DNA from: a bacterium
Lineage (GTDB): Bacteria > Babelota > Babeliae > Babelales > JAUPTZ01
Assembly (NCBI GenBank): GCA_037139275.1
Contig: JBAXGS010000001.1
Location: 1-29,784 of the forward strand
Direction of reading: 5' to 3'
DNA length: 29,784 nt
Within the stretch, counting starts at the first letter, position 1. Each line of letters begins with the position of its first letter. Below, piece after piece: positions 17,262 through 25,680 of the stretch. The translations under genes were made by a program, and so were the position numbers. Below the pieces are notes generated by a model. The model was given only the letters and a program-made list of their open reading frames with translations, ran no database searches and had not been told where the DNA came from.

Positions 17262-17570
17262 TTCTTATTACTTATTTATATATGATTATAGTATTAATAA
17301 TAATAAGGGAAGTCAAAATTGTGGATAAGTCGGCTCTCAGGGGCAGAAAAGCCTTTTGCAGTAAATATTTCTCGCCAGGCTCAAAATGTGGATAACTTGT
17401 GGATTCGTGTGGATAACTTGTGGATAACTTGTTCAGGCCGCTCGAATAAAGGCTCTGGGAGCTAGTTTTGAATCGGTGATGCCTCGATTTGCCTTGCTGG
17501 AGGCTTAATCCAAGCGCAATCAACAATGAATCCACAGCGAATCCACAAGTTATCCACAGAGTTATCCACA
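17262..17570. other. oriC: Probable chromosomal replication origin (oriC)
   Basis: Perfect TGTGGATAA at 17320, 17387, 17408 and 17419, variant TGTGGATTC at 17398. Opposite orientation: GAATCCACA at 17528 and 17539, perfect TTATCCACA at 17550 and 17562. AT-rich tract at about 17262-17306 with TAG-TAT-TAA-TAA-TAA-TAA trios (17289-17306) then GGG. Spot checks suggest the + strand turns G-rich to the right. Confidence 0.9.
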
Positions 17571-17635
17571 ATGGAATTCAGTTTGTTGTGATATTACAAC
17601 CTCGACAAAGTTCTCATTTCGATTTGTATTGTTCC

Positions 17636-18259
17636 TTATGGATTTGCTGCCAAAAATGCTTTGAGTCGCATAATATCATTTTTGACGGTGTTTATGGCTT
17701 GTCTATTTCTCAGCAAATAGGATGGATGGTAGGTAGGCATTATGGCAAAGTATTCTGTTTGTGTAATTTGACCGCGCAATTGAGAAATAGGGGGTGAGGA
17801 GGGGAAAAAGAGTGTTGTTGCGGTTGCACCCAGAGTACAAATGGCGCGTGGTTTAAGGTATGCAATTTCTTTAAGCAAAATGAGCGAGCTACAGGTGTTT
17901 CGTTCTTCTGCTGTAGGTGGTCTATTGAGTGGCGGGCGGCATTTTGTGGTATTTGATATGTACACATGTGCAGGATCACAGCCGATTTCTGTAAGAATAG
18001 TCCGCAGCAATCGGCCTGAGCGGCCGATAAAAGGAGTTCCTTGTTCGTCTTCATCTTTGCCGGGAGCTTCTCCAATAAAAAAGAGTTGGGCGTTTTCTGG
18101 GCCGACTCCAAAAACAACCTGTGTGCGTCCTTGTATGGCAAGGGGGCATTGGGTGCAGGCAGTGTATTGCTTCTTAAGACTTGCAAGCGATTGTGGGCTG
18201 TTTTGGGCGTAGAGATCTTTGAGTTGCGTTGCAAGTGCCGGGTTAAGCCTCAGCGTCAT
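17636..18259 (-). CDS. udg: Uracil-DNA glycosylase family 4 (4Fe-4S type)
   Basis: CTQCPL, FIGEAPGKDEDEQGTPFIGRSG, KCRPPLNRPP, C, PTYHPSYLLR. Confidence 0.95.
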   Translation of the reverse strand: MTLRLNPALATQLKDLYAQNSPQSLASLKKQYTACTQCPLAIQGRTQVVFGVGPENAQLFFIGEAPGKDEDEQGTPFIGRSGRLLRTILTEIGCDPAHVYISNTTKCRPPLNRPPTAEERNTCSSLILLKEIAYLKPRAICTLGATATTLFFPSSPPISQLRGQITQTEYFAIMPTYHPSYLLRNRQAINTVKNDIMRLKAFLAANP

Positions 18260-18298
18260 AGACTATCCTTTCTGTCTGTGTGATGCAGGATAGTCTAT
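18258..18298 (-). promoter_or_regulatory. 12-bp hairpin occluding the udg SD and start codon
   Basis: ATAGACTATCCT (18258-18269) and AGGATAGTCTAT (18287-18298) form a perfect inverted repeat. On the mRNA the 3' arm is AGGAUAGUCUAU(G), i.e. SD through the AU of AUG. Confidence 0.55.
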
Positions 18299-18308
18299 CA
18301 AAGGCGTC

Positions 18309-19763
18309 TTAAAAGATGCAGGAGGAGCTTGGCGATCTTTTTGCTCCGCATTCTCTTACAAAATCAAACCAATGTGTTTTTTTCGCAAAAGCGGTTTGAG
18401 CATATGACCAATGGAGCGAGCGACGAGGGAATGTGATGGACATTCCGCGTGCGCGAATTGGGTTACCCATAAAGGCAATTCCTGCTGTATAGAGCGGCAC
18501 AACTTTGTAGAGTAACTCAAGAGAGGTGAGGCAGAGTGTTATCGCTTCTTGTACGGTTGCGGCTGAGCCAGGATAATCATAGCGAAAGTTTTTTTGGTTA
18601 AGAAGTTGGCGTAAGTTGTTTTGAAGATTAAGCAGGAAAAAATGGAGATCGATATATTCATTGTCATAAAATTCGCAGAACAAGTTTTTTTTCGTTCGTA
18701 CGTCAGTTATGACCGGTCCAATAATTCGTTTTTCAGGGCATCGTAGTAATGCTTGAAGGGTAAGTGCGAGTGAGTCGATGCTTTGTGTGAGTAGTTCAAA
18801 ATATGTTGTACTTTGTCCTTCTGGTGTAGAGGAGAGATCGTACATTGCAAGTGTATAATCAACACTTGAGAGGTATTCCTCTTTATATGCTGCCACAATA
18901 TCATTCCCCAGCTCACTTGCACAGCGAACTTGGGTGGTAATTTTTGCAAATGCTTTGGCGTAGTTCCAACCAGATGCTAATTCTACTTCTTCTGATGCAA
19001 CAATATAATCAACTACATGATTTACTTGTGCTGCAATTTCTACCTGCCCGCCATGACAGATATCAAGACCAAGCATTGCTATCTTTTGATTGTTGAGCGC
19101 AGTGCGTGAAATAGTTTCAAGTGCATAGGTGAGATCTTGGTTTGAAAGGTAGTAATTATAGGTATCATTAAACGCCATGCCGCGCGTAGGATGCTTTCCA
19201 AAAAGTTCTTGATCATGGCACAGGATGCTGCGCCACTTGAGTGGATCCAAGCATCCTGTGCCATGATCCCATATTACTATGCATTGTTTTTTTGCTTTAA
19301 ATTGAGCCATTCCTGTTTGCAGAAAATCAATAAAGTTTTCTACTGCTCCGCTATTGTAGAGTCGCGGATTTTTGCTGCGCTCGAATGCAGTCGCATCAGA
19401 GGCTCGCCAGTATGGGGATATGCCTCCATTTTTAATTCGTGCGCGTATGACATCGCGTGTGCCAAATTTATCAACTTGAACAATGATATTACACAGAGAT
19501 CCAAAACTGACACTCATCAGCTGTGCGAGGTTTTGATCAATCGCAAAAAATAGGTCATTTTGGCCAGCCATATACACAAAAATATTCCATTCTTTTTCAT
19601 CACATATTTCGTACTCTCGCGTAGAGGTTTGTGTGGGTGTTTGAATGCGTGAAAAAGGAAGCGTCTGTTTTTTAACGAATGTTGTTTTACAATCCAGTGA
19701 TGGTATCAATACCAACAGTATGCTGAGAAAACATCCAAATATCGGTAGTGCCTGCATATACAT
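18309..19763 (-). CDS. Clostripain-family (C11) cysteine peptidase, exported
   Basis: WNIFVYMAGQNDL, catalytic-His motif IWDHGTG, catalytic-Cys motif LGLDICH, DYIVASEE. Hydrophobic N-terminus. Confidence 0.88.
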   Translation of the reverse strand: MYMQALPIFGCFLSILLVLIPSLDCKTTFVKKQTLPFSRIQTPTQTSTREYEICDEKEWNIFVYMAGQNDLFFAIDQNLAQLMSVSFGSLCNIIVQVDKFGTRDVIRARIKNGGISPYWRASDATAFERSKNPRLYNSGAVENFIDFLQTGMAQFKAKKQCIVIWDHGTGCLDPLKWRSILCHDQELFGKHPTRGMAFNDTYNYYLSNQDLTYALETISRTALNNQKIAMLGLDICHGGQVEIAAQVNHVVDYIVASEEVELASGWNYAKAFAKITTQVRCASELGNDIVAAYKEEYLSSVDYTLAMYDLSSTPEGQSTTYFELLTQSIDSLALTLQALLRCPEKRIIGPVITDVRTKKNLFCEFYDNEYIDLHFFLLNLQNNLRQLLNQKNFRYDYPGSAATVQEAITLCLTSLELLYKVVPLYTAGIAFMGNPIRARGMSITFPRRSLHWSYAQTAFAKKTHWFDFVRECGAKRSPSSSCIF

Positions 19764-19810
19764 TAGTCCTTATATTGATACACAAAAGAAAGAGTGGTGT
19801 TTTGTATACC

Positions 19811-21085
19811 CTATTTTTTTTTTGCGATGCAAGAAGACAGAAGAAACGATTGTTCTCTTCTGTAGCTTAAAAGCATAAGTACGGCGGTGAGGAAAAAACT
19901 TAATTGAAAATCTAAGCAAAATGCATACCATGGATTATGCAAAAGAAGTATGAGGATTACGTTGCATAATCCAACAAAAGGTGTTGCCTGTGCCTGTATA
20001 ATCCAAGACCCAATATAGAGAAACCACAGCCACAGAGCTCTATTAAATGAGATACTACACCATGATAAATGATCATACAGCACCAAAATAGTTCCTAGAA
20101 TAACTGCTTTCAGTGATGCTCCAAACGGGAGTAGTGTGAGTGCCGAGAGCCAGAGTGATATCAGTATTGAGATGTGAAGTCCTGAACGTGCAAGGTAATG
20201 AGTGAGCCCCCAACGAGTAAAATGAAGGCGCATAACCAGATAATTGCTGCATTGCTTGTTACCTAGAAAGAGTGATGAAAAATAAGTAAATGTCTTTTGA
20301 GGGAGCGTTTTTTGAAGCTTTTCGTACAGTTGTTTGCGCCAGCCATGCCACCATTTCGTCCAGCTACTTAAGAAGGAATCAATAGGGAGTTTTTTTGTCG
20401 AGATATAGGGACCATAAAAATTTCCTATGAGGTGCTCACGCAGAGCATACGCCTGGAGAAAACTTTTTTGCTTTGTGGCGACAGAGAGCGTGAAGCGAAA
20501 GAAACAAACATAATCGCCTACATGGACTTTCGAGGGAGTATAGAGAAACAATTTAAGCAGGCCATGGGTAGGTTGATGGTCAATGTGCGTGAGCGCACAG
20601 GTAATAACACACCCGTTGGCATGATCTGTCCATGGCGCATGATCAATAATAAGTCCCTGGAGTGTGTGTGTTCCTGTGGAGAGTAGATCTTGTTTTGCGT
20701 GATAACAGAAAGAGTCCAGCATGAGGATGCTTGCACTGCACAGCATGCAAAAAAATGCATGCATCCATAAAAGGCGATACCATGGTTTATAGTACATATG
20801 CCACAGCGCGGCGATAAGGGGGAGGTATCCTAGAATGAGGAGAGGGTAGCTAGACATACTAATGCCCATAAGAACGGCGGCAACCGGTATACACCACGAG
20901 AGTGGATTGATCACCAGGTTGCGTTGTGCTGCATAGTAAGTATAGAGATAGAGTGTGCTAAGGCTTGCAACTCCTGCAAGCGCGCTACACGCATGCTGTG
21001 CATATTCAGAAAGGCAAAGGAGGGTCATGTGTTCCGTCGCCGTTGATCCATGTTGTGTGTAAAGCATTATGGCGGCTTCAGTCAA
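19811..21085 (-). CDS. comEC: ComEC/Rec2-family membrane protein without a C-terminal metallo-beta-lactamase domain
   Basis: N-terminal TMs, OB-like segment, then GLTHYLARSGLHISIL and DFQLSFFLT (Competence-domain motifs). Ends right after the TM region. Start codon uncertain. Confidence 0.8.
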   Translation of the reverse strand: MTEAAIMLYTQHGSTATEHMTLLCLSEYAQHACSALAGVASLSTLYLYTYYAAQRNLVINPLSWCIPVAAVLMGISMSSYPLLILGYLPLIAALWHMYYKPWYRLLWMHAFFCMLCSASILMLDSFCYHAKQDLLSTGTHTLQGLIIDHAPWTDHANGCVITCALTHIDHQPTHGLLKLFLYTPSKVHVGDYVCFFRFTLSVATKQKSFLQAYALREHLIGNFYGPYISTKKLPIDSFLSSWTKWWHGWRKQLYEKLQKTLPQKTFTYFSSLFLGNKQCSNYLVMRLHFTRWGLTHYLARSGLHISILISLWLSALTLLPFGASLKAVILGTILVLYDHLSWCSISFNRALWLWFLYIGSWIIQAQATPFVGLCNVILILLLHNPWYAFCLDFQLSFFLTAVLMLLSYRREQSFLLSSCIAKKK

Positions 21086-21180
21086 TCATTAGTGCATTCG
21101 ATTGCCTTATCTGTAGCGAGTATCCGTACAAAATAGCCTTATACAATCGATGCTTTTGCTGTATATCTCTGAACAAAAAA

Positions 21181-21208
21181 TTGATTTTTATATGAAGGGG
21201 TATATAAT
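21181..21208 (+). promoter_or_regulatory. Candidate sigma70 promoter for 21457..22491
   Basis: TTGATT (21181-21186) - 16 nt - TATAAT (21203-21208). Confidence 0.55.
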
Positions 21209-21456
21209 TCGACTGTGTATCGCAGTCTTCATGCACAAAAAACAGAGTAATAAAAGTTTAAGCATCTTCAAGTTTTTATTATTAATGGAAGGGCAGATGA
21301 TGCCAACCCCCCGACAAAAAAACGCCGTAAAAAAGAAGCAATTCAACCGATTTGCTTTCTGTGATAGGTGTGTTCTTCGTAATCCAAAATCAGTTCAAAT
21401 AATAGATCTTAATTATTGTACGAGTGCCCATTCTAAGATACAGGAAGGGTTTGTGT

Positions 21457-22491
21457 ATGCGTAAGTGTATGGTGTATATACTCGGGTTTGCGAATCGACT
21501 ATCTCATGTATCTATGGTGCACGAAATTTTGACTCTTTTTCAGAAATCGGTAATGCGAGAAGACGAGGTATACAGTCCTAAGTTTTATTTACTGGAAGAG
21601 ACTGAGGCATCTGTACGAGCTGCACTTGAATACAAGGGAGCACCACGGGCCGACTATATTGTGAGTATTGGTACCGATATGTCTATGATTCTTAAGAAAT
21701 TGTATACAGAAATTGATCCTATTCCCACAATGTTTGTATGCCCTGAAAATCCTATAGGAAATGGGCTGATTAATTCTTTTGAGAAGCCTGGGGGATGGTT
21801 TTCGGGAGTTTATGGTGAAATCAAAAATACTGATTCCTATGAAGGCACGCAGGATATTTTCCGATGGTTGCTGCCGTATGTTACTAAAGTACTTATTCCG
21901 TATGACACACAAGCTGGAGGTCTTAATATTCTGGTTGTAGAAGCAGTTGCCGCAGAACTGAAAAGAATTGGGTTTGAGCCTATTATAGAGCAAGTGTCTG
22001 GTGATGATGAGGTTGTTGAGTGTGTGTATAAGCATATTGCCAGTGTACATGCAGTTGCAAGTTTTGCGGTTTCTTTAGCTGTGGAGCGTAATATTGGGTA
22101 TATGTGCGGTATGACTGAACCTAAAAGACTATTGATTAGTAACAATGGCGACTTTGGTGTAATAAAAAGTTGTGCAGCACTTGCGGTAAGGCGAACAGAT
22201 AATTTATATGCGTGTAAGCAGGTGGTTGCAATGGTACGTACAGGGTGGTATGAGCGTGTGTGGCCGGGGCTGCAACCAATTACCATAGTAGCTGATAAAG
22301 ACCTTGGAGAAATTGAATTAGTAGTAAATCAATTTATGTTGCCTCATCTTCCTGAGTATATTACTGAAGCGATGCATAATACGCCAGAGGTTGTGGTTGT
22401 TAGTTTTTGGCCATACCATCCTTTTAATAATCAAATAAAAGAAGACGAAGAGAGCAAAATGGGAAAAAATAAAGGTAAAGAAAGGAAATAA
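21457..22491 (+). CDS. ABC substrate-binding-like protein lacking a signal peptide; paralogue of 7720..8775
   Basis: IVSIGTD...PTMFVCPENPIGNGLINSFEKPGGWFSGV, collinear with 7720..8775 (LLP...LIPYD, RIGF.P, MVR.GWYE..WPG.QP, VVNQFMLP). Start at ATG 21457 after CAGGAAGG. Confidence 0.75.
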   Translation: MRKCMVYILGFANRLSHVSMVHEILTLFQKSVMREDEVYSPKFYLLEETEASVRAALEYKGAPRADYIVSIGTDMSMILKKLYTEIDPIPTMFVCPENPIGNGLINSFEKPGGWFSGVYGEIKNTDSYEGTQDIFRWLLPYVTKVLIPYDTQAGGLNILVVEAVAAELKRIGFEPIIEQVSGDDEVVECVYKHIASVHAVASFAVSLAVERNIGYMCGMTEPKRLLISNNGDFGVIKSCAALAVRRTDNLYACKQVVAMVRTGWYERVWPGLQPITIVADKDLGEIELVVNQFMLPHLPEYITEAMHNTPEVVVVSFWPYHPFNNQIKEDEESKMGKNKGKERK

Positions 22492-22494
22492 AAT

Positions 22495-22677
22495 ATGAGG
22501 AATACGGTGTTTAGTCTTCCAACATGTATATTATTTTTCTTCGGCTGTTTTTCTAGTTTTTGTTTAATGTATGCTAATAATGGCTATGTGGTTAAAAATA
22601 CTCAGCACAGTGTTAATACTGTTATTAGAAGCATTCAACCAGATATGGACGTAGACGTCGAAGAGCCATCGGCATAA
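22495..22677 (+). CDS. 60-aa secreted microprotein (paralogue of 7540..7716)
   Basis: MRNTVFSLPTCILFFFGCFSSFCLMYA-NNGYVVKNTQHSVNTVIRSIQPDMDVDVEEPSA*. ATG is 3 nt after the upstream TAA, and AAGGA lies in the last codons of the upstream gene. Confidence 0.75.
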   Translation: MRNTVFSLPTCILFFFGCFSSFCLMYANNGYVVKNTQHSVNTVIRSIQPDMDVDVEEPSA

Positions 22678-22697
22678 CAGCATATTAACTTTATGGT

Positions 22698-22729
22698 AAA
22701 AAGAGGTGTGTTTAAACACACCTCTTTTT
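22698..22729. terminator. Bidirectional intrinsic terminator between convergent genes
   Basis: Perfect 32-bp palindrome AAAAAGAGGTGTGTTTAAACACACCTCTTTTT with A-tract and T-tract flanks, between the stop at 22677 (+) and the stop at 22753 (-). Confidence 0.9.
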
Positions 22730-22752
22730 TGTGATTGTTTCCAAAGAACTTG

Positions 22753-25119
22753 TTATTTCAGAACTGACTGTCGCCGCGTTGCCAGATTCTTCTGTTGAGG
22801 GATATCGAACGCGTTCATAAACTCTGTATCAAATTCGTCATCCATAAGCCCTGGCGCAATATATGTTTCAGGATCAAGATGTGGCAGGCTTGCAAAGCCT
22901 TCTTCTGGTTCATACGTAATAGTATCTGTCTCTACGATTGATTTAAAGAAAGGATCTTTGCTCATTTCTACTTCGTTTGGCATGCGGCGTCGCTCGGCAA
23001 AATCATCAATAATTGGCATACGGCCAGATTTGAAATCTTTAATTTTTTGTTTTTGATCATAACGCGCAGGGCCAAAGAAATAGCGCTGAATAGGATCTTT
23101 GCTAAGAGTTACATGATCAGAGTTAAGCACTTGGTATTTAGCATAATCAAGCTTGAGTTGTGTGTATGCATCAGCACCAAGGCCTACATGGGGCTTAATT
23201 ACTGTGGGGCGTATAAAAATATAGAGGTTATTTTTTACACTGTTTTTTGAAGTATCTTTAAAGAGGTTTCCAATGAGAGGAATGGCGCTTAAGAAAGGTA
23301 CTGCCCATTGAGAGGTAGCATGCTTGCTGCTGGTTAATCCGCCTAATACAAGCACCTCTCCGGCCGCCATTGATGCTTGGGTAATGATTTCTCGGTTGGT
23401 GGTATTAGGTGAACTTACCGAACTTTCTTTAAATTCGTCTACGGTGATTTTAATGTCGAGCTTAATGATTCCTGATGCATTTGCGTGAGGCGTAATTTCA
23501 GTTGTAATGCTTGCTGGAGTGTTTTCATATTTTTTTACCGGTTGGGCAGCAGTATGTGCTTGCATGCTTGCAACACGACGTGTCACTGTACTTCGCTCAA
23601 CACCTTTTGTGTTATTGTTAACAACCAAATAAGGCTGCGAAATAATGTTGGTATGATTGGTAGAGTACATAGCGCGCAGGATTCCCCAAACTTTATCTCC
23701 TGCTGCATCACCAAATGAAAGAATTGATGAATTATCACCAATAGCAGTGGTATTGAGAAGATTTTGCTTAATCATGTCAGCTTGACTTGAGGAGGGCATC
23801 ATAAAACTTGATGCATGAAGTTTGTCTCCCAAGAGGCCATCTTGCAATCTAAATTGTGCGCCCATTCCTTTGATATCATCGGTACGCACGTCTACAATCA
23901 TCATTTCAATAGCAATCTGTGGTTGTGGTTTATCGAGTTGATCAATAAACGAAGAAAGTCTTTTCCAGTCTTCATTGTTGCATGCAATGATAAGTCTATT
24001 GCCCGCACCTCGGTTAGCATCTGATCCATCGGAAGATTCTGCAGTAATTACCACGTCTTCGAAAAATTTATACTGCCCCTCTATGGTTCCTGCTTGGCCA
24101 CCTTGCCCACGTGGCTGTGTAATCATTTTTTCGAGCAAATTTTTGAGGGCATCTGCGGTGTAATGCTTTAATTCATACACATGAATCCGTGATTGTGCTT
24201 TATCCAATGGCACATCTAAATATTTGTTTATAAAGCTAATAATTTTATTGATTGAATCTTCCATACCCATAAAAATCATTCGGTTATGACTGGGATCTGT
24301 AAAAATTTTGGTATCTTTTGCAAAGAATGACATTTCGCGGCGATTATCATCGGCAACAATTATTCGCAGCTTATTGTCCTGTGGTTGTTGTTGAAAAATC
24401 TGTTCGTTAAATAATTGTGCCAGCTGGTCAGCATCGGTATGTTTAAGCTCTAATACTTTTACCGCTTGTCTCATGCCGCCGATATCAAGCTCTTTAATAA
24501 TGCGCATACTTGCTTTAATAAGGTTACAATTGTCAGTAATAATACATGCTTGCAGCGGATTATTGATTTGCAGCGCGCGATCGTTAAGGAGAGGAGTAAG
24601 AATAGTTTGTGCAACGCTAATTTTTAGATTTTTAAAAAAATAAATGTAGCGACAAATCGCATTCGTATCTGGAAGATCTTCTGGTTGTATACCTCGCTCA
24701 GAGCTGTAGCAAGGAAGAGCATTTTGCTGCGCAGTACCCAGCGGAACCACCCGGCTTACACCATTTACGTTCACGATAGTAAAGTTATTTGCTTCCATTA
24801 AAATAAGTACTGTTTCCCATGCTTGGTCAATAGTCATAGGCTCACGAGACATGAGAGTCACTTTGATATTTTGAAGATCTTTATGCGGAATGACATCGAG
24901 ATTTTTTTGATCAATCAAGTAGTTGAGTACGCTTGATAGTGCTGCGTTATCAAAATTAAGATAGATTTTTGTTTCAGGCGTTGCTTCAATAACAGGAGCG
25001 GGTGCGCTGGTTAATGCTTCCTCAAGCGATTTGCTCGGCGCACTTGAAGATAGAGTAATTTCTGTGGCTGGAAATATGCCGGTACAGGAGAGTGTTAAAA
25101 ATATCAAAAATCCGATCAT
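22753..25119 (-). CDS. gspD: Secretin, type II secretion protein D-like (N0-N1-N2-N3-secretin), copy 2
   Basis: Signal peptide; N0 IYLNFDNAAL; N-repeat starts VKVLELKHTDA and IHVYELKHYTA; QPQIAIEMMIVDV; VLVLGGL; VPFLSAIPLIGNLFK; LYIFIRPTVI. Confidence 0.9.
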   Translation of the reverse strand: MIGFLIFLTLSCTGIFPATEITLSSSAPSKSLEEALTSAPAPVIEATPETKIYLNFDNAALSSVLNYLIDQKNLDVIPHKDLQNIKVTLMSREPMTIDQAWETVLILMEANNFTIVNVNGVSRVVPLGTAQQNALPCYSSERGIQPEDLPDTNAICRYIYFFKNLKISVAQTILTPLLNDRALQINNPLQACIITDNCNLIKASMRIIKELDIGGMRQAVKVLELKHTDADQLAQLFNEQIFQQQPQDNKLRIIVADDNRREMSFFAKDTKIFTDPSHNRMIFMGMEDSINKIISFINKYLDVPLDKAQSRIHVYELKHYTADALKNLLEKMITQPRGQGGQAGTIEGQYKFFEDVVITAESSDGSDANRGAGNRLIIACNNEDWKRLSSFIDQLDKPQPQIAIEMMIVDVRTDDIKGMGAQFRLQDGLLGDKLHASSFMMPSSSQADMIKQNLLNTTAIGDNSSILSFGDAAGDKVWGILRAMYSTNHTNIISQPYLVVNNNTKGVERSTVTRRVASMQAHTAAQPVKKYENTPASITTEITPHANASGIIKLDIKITVDEFKESSVSSPNTTNREIITQASMAAGEVLVLGGLTSSKHATSQWAVPFLSAIPLIGNLFKDTSKNSVKNNLYIFIRPTVIKPHVGLGADAYTQLKLDYAKYQVLNSDHVTLSKDPIQRYFFGPARYDQKQKIKDFKSGRMPIIDDFAERRRMPNEVEMSKDPFFKSIVETDTITYEPEEGFASLPHLDPETYIAPGLMDDEFDTEFMNAFDIPQQKNLATRRQSVLK

Positions 25120-25122
25120 GGC

Positions 25123-25680
25123 TTACTCTTCCCAAAATTGTTTTCGTTTTTTTGTTGCCAATATTATCTCAAAACTTATTGTTTTCTTTTCTTCTTTTTT
25201 GATATCAAGCTCTTTGATATAGACAATCTCGTTGCGCTCTAAAACATTGAGAAGAGCGACAAGGGACTGAGTTGTTTGTTTTTTGAATTGTGCGGTTAGT
25301 ATTATCTCATCAAAAGTATCATTGCCTTCAATGGAGCGCACTTCTGTTTCCCAACCAAGCTCAGGTTTGAGTTTTTGATCTAAAATAAGAGTTTCAAAAA
25401 ATGTTTTAATGCTAAAGCCTTTGTTTTCATCGAGTAGTTCTTTAATACGTTCTTCTTCTGCTTTTACTCGTTCGCTTTGCGCCATGAGGAGTTCATTTTT
25501 TTTAATTTGTTCTTGAATCTGGATTATCGTTTCAATATCTGCAGCGCGTTGCATATATAAATAGGTGAGAGACCCTCCAATAACGAGAGCTATGCTGCAC
25601 AGTACTGCTGCAATAAAAATTTGCTGCTGCTTGGTATTTTGTGAAGCAATATGAGTTGCGATTGTTTCTAAAAAATTCAT
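25123..25680 (-). CDS. GspM/PilO-like bitopic assembly-platform protein
   Basis: Single N-terminal TM, coiled coil, then a ferredoxin-like end (LVALLNVLE..IVYIKELDIKK..ISFEII). Directly follows the GspL-like gene with an ATGA overlap. Confidence 0.7.
   Translation of the reverse strand: MNFLETIATHIASQNTKQQQIFIAAVLCSIALVIGGSLTYLYMQRAADIETIIQIQEQIKKNELLMAQSERVKAEEERIKELLDENKGFSIKTFFETLILDQKLKPELGWETEVRSIEGNDTFDEIILTAQFKKQTTQSLVALLNVLERNEIVYIKELDIKKEEKKTISFEIILATKKRKQFWEE

Noticed and set aside
17387-17570. Tandem 9-11 bp repeats as a CRISPR array or iterons; ORFs 17272..17571 and 17489..17797
   Set aside because: The units are DnaA boxes with 1-3 nt gaps, with no spacers, cas or rep genes. 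The ORFs are translation artefacts of the boxes.
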